In this document: positions 27,691 through 32,000 of the stretch, piece after piece
Position numbering within the stretch: position 1 is the first letter of the stretch
Layout of the letters: each line of letters starts with the position of its first letter
DNA from: Candidatus Arthromitus sp. SFB-rat-Yit
GTDB lineage: Bacteria; Bacillota; Clostridia; Clostridiales; Clostridiaceae
NCBI RefSeq assembly: GCF_000283555.1
Contig: NC_016012.1
Coordinates: 1,230,001 to 1,262,000 of the forward strand
Length of the DNA: 32,000 nt
Reading direction: 5' to 3'
Position numbers and translations under genes: made by a program
The notes under the pieces: generated by a model
What the model was told of the DNA's origin: nothing
Databases searched by the model: none
What the model saw: the letters and a program-made list of their open reading frames with translations, nothing else

Positions 27691-30192
27691 TTAAAGATTT
27701 TTCCCGCAACAAGATTTATATTTCTTTCCACTTCCACAAGTACAAATATCATTTCTTCCAACCCTAGAATTTTTCCTAACAGGCTTTGATTTGACATCAG
27801 AAGAAATTTCATTCGTACCTGTTTCCATTGCGACTCTTTCTCTCTTAGGAGTTTTATCCTCTCTAACATGCATCAAGTACTTAATAGTATCTAATTTTAT
27901 ATTCATTATCATTTCCTCAAACATAGCACTACCTTCATACTGATATGCTTGAATCGGATCTTGTTGTTTATACGCTCTAAGACCTATACCCTGTTTTAAA
28001 TGATCCATATTATTTATATGATCCATCCACTTAAGGTCAACAACTCTAAGTAATATTACTCTTTCAACTTCACGTAGCTGTTTTTCCCCAAACTCTTCCT
28101 CTTTTTTTGCATATATCTTCTTAGCTATAGATATATACTTATCCGTTATTTCTTTTATATTTAAATCTTCAAGCATTTCACGTTTAATCAATCCAACAGG
28201 AACATACAACATTTCCATATACTCTATAAGTTTATTTAAATCACTATCCTCTGAATCAGATCCAACTAAATGTAAATTAACTTCATACGAAACTACATCT
28301 TCAATCATAGAAATTATCTGTTCTTTTAAGTTCTCACCTTCAAGTACTCTAGAACGCTGAGAATATATTATCTCCCTTTGCTTATTTATAACATCATCAT
28401 ATCCTATTAGAGATTTTCTAACATCAAAGTTATTACCTTCAACATTTTTTTGAGCATTTTCAATAGCTTTAGATACAAATTTACTCTCAATTGCATCATC
28501 ATCTGAAAGACCAAGTCTATCTACAACAACTTTCAATCTATCAGATCCAAATATTCTCATTAAATCATCATCTAAACTTATATAAAATCTAGAACTACCT
28601 GGATCTCCTTGCCTACCTGCTCTTCCCTTCATCTGACCATCAACACGACGAGACTCAGCTCTTTCAGTTCCAATGATTTTAAGACCTCCAGCCTCTGGAA
28701 CACCTTTTCCAAGCTTTATATCAGTACCTCTTCCCGCCATATTTGTCGCAACCGTTATCATTCCCGCCTGACCAGCTTGAGCTACAATTTCTGCCTCTTT
28801 TTCATGTGACTTTGCTGTTAAAAGCTGATGCTTCATTCCTCTTCTTCTTAATTCATCTGACATATTTTCAGCTTTAGAAATACTAGGCGTAACAACTAAA
28901 ACAGGTTGACCTTTTAAATTACTTTCCTCAATGTCTTTTATTATAGCCTTTATTTTACCACTTTCAGTTTTAAATACTTTATCTGAATAATCAACCCTCT
29001 TAATCGGTTTATTCGTTGGAACAACTACAATATCTAAGCTATATATTTCTCTAAATTCATTTTCCTCAGTTGCTGCAGTACCTGTCATACCACTTAATTT
29101 TTTATACATTCTAAATAAATTCTGATAAGAAATAGTTGCAAGTGTTTTTGATTCTTTCTCAACTTTTACACCCTCTTTAGCCTCTATAGCCTGATGTAAT
29201 CCATCTCCATATCTCCTTCCTTCCATTACCCTACCAGTATTATCATCAATTATTTCAACTTTTCCGTTTACAACAATATAATCTTTATCCCTCTTCATAG
29301 CATAATTAGCTCTCAAAGATTGTGAAACATGATGTTGTATACTCATATTTTGTGGGTCTGCGTAATTATCAACCTTAAAAAAAGTTTCAGCCTTCTTAAC
29401 ACCATCTTCAGTTAAAATTACAGAATTTGTTTTCTCATCTTTCTTATAATCATCTTCGTTAAGAGTTTTTGAAAAATAATCAGCTATTCTATAAAAATCC
29501 GTAGACTTATCTGCAGCACCAGATATTATTAAAGGAGTTCTAGCATCATCTATAAGAACGGAATCTATCTCGTCTATAATTACAAAATTTAACCCCCTCT
29601 GAACTCTTTCCTCCTTAAATATAACCATATTATCTCTTAAATAATCAAATCCAAATTCATTATTCGTTCCATATGTAATATCACACGCATAAGCTTCCTT
29701 TCTTTGTTGAGATGTAATCCCATGAACTATCGGTGCGACACTAACACCTAAAAAATCATATATAGGTTTATTTATTTCACAGTCCCTTTGTGCTAAATAA
29801 TCATTAACAGTTATTATATGAACCCCATCTCCTGATATAGAGTTCAGATATGCAGGTGGTGCTGAAACCAAAGTCTTACCTTCCCCAGTTTTCATTTCTG
29901 CAATTCTTCCTTGGTGTAATATAATTCCACCAATCAACTGAACATCATAATGCCTTTTACCTAAAACTCTTCTTGAAACTTCTCTTATTACCGCAAAAGC
30001 CTCTGGTAACATTTTATCAAGAGATTCACCTTTTTTATATCTCTTCTTAAATTCATCAGTCTTACCCTTTAACTCATCATCTGATAAATTTTGTACCGTT
30101 GCCTCTAAAGAATTAATTTTTTTTATTATCTTATTTATTTGTTTTAACTCTTTATCGCTATATGTTCCAAATATTTTTGTTAATAATCCCAT
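27691..30192 (-). CDS. secA: Preprotein translocase ATPase SecA with SEC-C zinc motif
   Basis: 833 aa; [53 protein letters not shown]-terminal [17 protein letters not shown]. Confidence 0.97.
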   Translation of the reverse strand: MGLLTKIFGTYSDKELKQINKIIKKINSLEATVQNLSDDELKGKTDEFKKRYKKGESLDKMLPEAFAVIREVSRRVLGKRHYDVQLIGGIILHQGRIAEMKTGEGKTLVSAPPAYLNSISGDGVHIITVNDYLAQRDCEINKPIYDFLGVSVAPIVHGITSQQRKEAYACDITYGTNNEFGFDYLRDNMVIFKEERVQRGLNFVIIDEIDSVLIDDARTPLIISGAADKSTDFYRIADYFSKTLNEDDYKKDEKTNSVILTEDGVKKAETFFKVDNYADPQNMSIQHHVSQSLRANYAMKRDKDYIVVNGKVEIIDDNTGRVMEGRRYGDGLHQAIEAKEGVKVEKESKTLATISYQNLFRMYKKLSGMTGTAATEENEFREIYSLDIVVVPTNKPIKRVDYSDKVFKTESGKIKAIIKDIEESNLKGQPVLVVTPSISKAENMSDELRRRGMKHQLLTAKSHEKEAEIVAQAGQAGMITVATNMAGRGTDIKLGKGVPEAGGLKIIGTERAESRRVDGQMKGRAGRQGDPGSSRFYISLDDDLMRIFGSDRLKVVVDRLGLSDDDAIESKFVSKAIENAQKNVEGNNFDVRKSLIGYDDVINKQREIIYSQRSRVLEGENLKEQIISMIEDVVSYEVNLHLVGSDSEDSDLNKLIEYMEMLYVPVGLIKREMLEDLNIKEITDKYISIAKKIYAKKEEEFGEKQLREVERVILLRVVDLKWMDHINNMDHLKQGIGLRAYKQQDPIQAYQYEGSAMFEEMIMNIKLDTIKYLMHVREDKTPKRERVAMETGTNEISSDVKSKPVRKNSRVGRNDICTCGSGKKYKSCCGKNL

Positions 30193-30296
30193 TAATTTTC
30201 ATCCTCACACTATACTAACACTTATAATTATATTATCTTAATTTTATATTAAAATTAAACATATAATTTATTTTTTATTCTATATACACTTAATAA

Positions 30297-30332
30297 ATAG
30301 GTTAAGGTGTTCAAATGAACACCTTAACCTAT
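30297..30332 (-). terminator. Strong hairpin/terminator downstream of hpf
   Basis: 16-bp perfect arms ATAGGTTAAGGTGTTC / GAACACCTTAACCTAT, AAAT loop; modest T-richness on minus strand. Confidence 0.7.
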
Positions 30333-30333
30333 A

Positions 30334-30876
30334 TTAATATTCTGCTTCTATAAGTCCATAATTACCAGACCTTCTTCTATATAACACATTAACATCATTT
30401 GTCTCTGCGTTTATAAAAACATAAAAATCATGTCCAATAAGTTCCATTTGAAGTATAGCTTCATCTCTATACATAGGTTTAATTGGAAATTTCTTAACCT
30501 TTACAATAACATCATCTTCTAAATCATCATTTTCTATATTGTCAAATAATATATCTAAACTTCTTGCATCCTTATTACTATATTTTTTAACAAGCTTAGT
30601 CTTTTGTCTACGAATTTGCTTATATAATTTATCTACAACTAAATCTATAGCAACATACAAATCACTATTTCTTTCCTGAGCTCTTAAATATGTACCATTA
30701 AATAAAATACCAACTTCTATTACTTGATCATTCTTCTCAACACTCAAAGTAACTTGAGCTTCTAATTCTCTTGAAAAATAGTTATCTAATTTAGATAACT
30801 TTTTATTTATAATGTCTTCTAATGCATGAGTAATCTCTATATTCTTACCATGAGTAACAATTTTCATTAACCTCAA
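30334..30876 (-). CDS. hpf: Ribosome hibernation promoting factor, long form
   Basis: 180 aa; MKIVTHGKNIEITHALEDIINKKLSKLDNYF; C-terminal RKFPIKPM-like (KKFPIKPMYRDEAILQMELIGHDFYVFINAETNDVNVLYRRRSGNYGLI). Confidence 0.93.
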   Translation of the reverse strand: MRLMKIVTHGKNIEITHALEDIINKKLSKLDNYFSRELEAQVTLSVEKNDQVIEVGILFNGTYLRAQERNSDLYVAIDLVVDKLYKQIRRQKTKLVKKYSNKDARSLDILFDNIENDDLEDDVIVKVKKFPIKPMYRDEAILQMELIGHDFYVFINAETNDVNVLYRRRSGNYGLIEAEY

Positions 30877-30889
30877 GCCCCTTATTAAT

Positions 30890-31100
30890 TAAACTAAAGC
30901 TAGTTGACCTGGTCTTTTACCCCACACTCGCCTGCTGGAGATTTCGCTAATAAAAATTAATTCCTCACTACTAACCCTCTCATACCTAAATGGCAGGTCT
31001 TACTTCTAAGCCGCACCATGATAATTAAAAATCTATTTTTAATTTACGTGGATCGTTTCGCCTGCGACTGGCATCGATTTTCAACCACAAACCTAGCTTC
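30890..31100 (-). ncRNA. Candidate raiA-motif structured RNA upstream of hpf/raiA
   Basis: About 230-nt noncoding gap, locally GC-richer than its surroundings, on the hpf sense strand: GAAGCTAGG...CGATGCCAGTCGCAGGCGAAACGATCCACG, strong hairpin ATTAAAAAT-AG-ATTTTTAAT, GTGCGGCTTAGAAGTAAGACCTGCC, CTCCAGCAGGCGAGTGTGGGG...; comF/hpf genomic context typical for raiA RNA. Boundaries approximate. Confidence 0.7.
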
Positions 31101-31109
31101 AATACTATT

Positions 31110-31769
31110 TTAAATTAAAGTTTTCGCAATTGTCAATACACTTAAATCCGTTTCAAATACACTTTTTTTAATAATTCTACAAACCTCATTTAAAGTATTG
31201 TAAGTTGTTGCTACATCATCTATAATCAGAACTTTTTTACCATTAAATTTGTTTAAATCTACACCCTTATTTATAAAAAACTTATCTTTTATATTAACAG
31301 ATCTTCCATATATATCCAATTTCTTTTGATCACACTTTTTACCATTGCAATATAAAAGCTTTACATAAGGAATATTCAAACTTTCACTAAGTTTTTTAAC
31401 TAAATAATAACTTTGATCAAACCCCTCTTTTTTAATCTTATTTTTATCCCTAGGAACATACGTTAAATAATCTATCTTGATATCTAACTTTTTAATATAA
31501 AAATTTAAAATACTACTTAAATACTCACCAGATCTAAAATCTTTATATATTTTAAAATTATATATTATATTTTTTATAGTCCCGAAATAATAACACGCAT
31601 TATATGCCTTAAAATCTTTAAATTCAAATTTATTTAAATCTTCATTAAATTTAATATCCCGCATACATTCATGACAAATAAAATTATCACCTATCTTTTC
31701 ATAACAACTAACACATAAATTTAAGCTAGGATAAATTAAATCTAATATTTTTTCACTCCACTTTCCCAA
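31110..31769 (-). CDS. comF: ComF family protein (phosphoribosyltransferase-like, zinc-finger N-terminus)
   Basis: 219 aa; LCVSCYEKIGDNFICHECMRDI, DYLTYVPRDKNKIKKEGFDQSYYLVKKLSE, KVLIIDDVATTYNTLNEV. Confidence 0.88.
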   Translation of the reverse strand: MGKWSEKILDLIYPSLNLCVSCYEKIGDNFICHECMRDIKFNEDLNKFEFKDFKAYNACYYFGTIKNIIYNFKIYKDFRSGEYLSSILNFYIKKLDIKIDYLTYVPRDKNKIKKEGFDQSYYLVKKLSESLNIPYVKLLYCNGKKCDQKKLDIYGRSVNIKDKFFINKGVDLNKFNGKKVLIIDDVATTYNTLNEVCRIIKKSVFETDLSVLTIAKTLI

Positions 31770-32000
31770 AGCTTTTTGTTATAACTCCTTGAAATTACTT
31801 TTGCCATAATTATTTCTATATTTTCATAATTAGATACAAAAATTATCTCATTTTTACAATCTGTTAAAAATTTACACATACCGCATATGCTAAGCAAGCT
31901 TTTATAATTAAACTTATTACTTGATGCAAAAAACACAAGTATATTAAAATTATTATACATAGGATTATCAATTATAAAATTATATAACTTGGGCAATTGA
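31742..32000 (-). CDS. C-terminal part of a protein running off the window edge
   Basis: Supplied 84-aa ORF starts at a TTG at the extreme edge; the same frame stays open upstream of it to base 32000; four cysteines/CGMC-like segment; no family recognised. Confidence 0.45.
   Translation of the reverse strand, partial: QLPKLYNFIIDNPMYNNFNILVFFASSNKFNYKSLLSICGMCKFLTDCKNEIIFVSNYENIEIIMAKVISRSYNKKLWESGVKKY

Noticed and set aside
27597-27869. 90-aa plus-strand ORF
   Set aside because: Runs antisense through the prfB 5' segment, the secA-prfB terminator and the secA SEC-C motif, all strongly supported on the other strand.
28609-28809. 66-aa plus-strand ORF
   Set aside because: Antisense to conserved secA sequence.
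1-32000. CRISPR array, transposase, integrase, toxin-antitoxin or classical defence genes
   Set aside because: No regularly spaced direct repeats and no recognised proteins of those classes in any listed ORF.

Overview
AT-rich, low-GC Firmicutes/Clostridia-like chromosomal window. The gene content and style suggest a segmented-filamentous-bacterium-like (Candidatus Arthromitus/Savagella) or related genome; this assignment is inference only. Left half: three DUF4214-type secreted or surface proteins, rfbB, a nucleobase-salvage block (ade, codB, codA), a SunS-like family 2 glycosyltransferase, a divergent signal peptidase II-like protein and a CPA2-type cation:proton antiporter. Right half: a YhaN/SbcC-like ATPase, a D-Ala-D-Ala carboxypeptidase, a polysaccharide deacetylase, tRNA-Trp, tsaE-tsaB-rimI, a RibU-like ECF S component, tex, prfB, secA, hpf and comF. 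Main non-ORF observations: (1) a textbook PyrR-binding attenuator in front of codB-codA; (2) a programmed +1 frameshift in prfB, so the supplied ORF is truncated; (3) a probable raiA-motif structured ncRNA upstream of hpf; (4) an unannotated 43-aa CxxC microprotein; (5) a degenerate Walker A in the YhaN-like ATPase; (6) a SunS-like glycosyltransferase convergent with a large DUF4214 surface protein. No CRISPR array, transposon or convincing defence island is visible.
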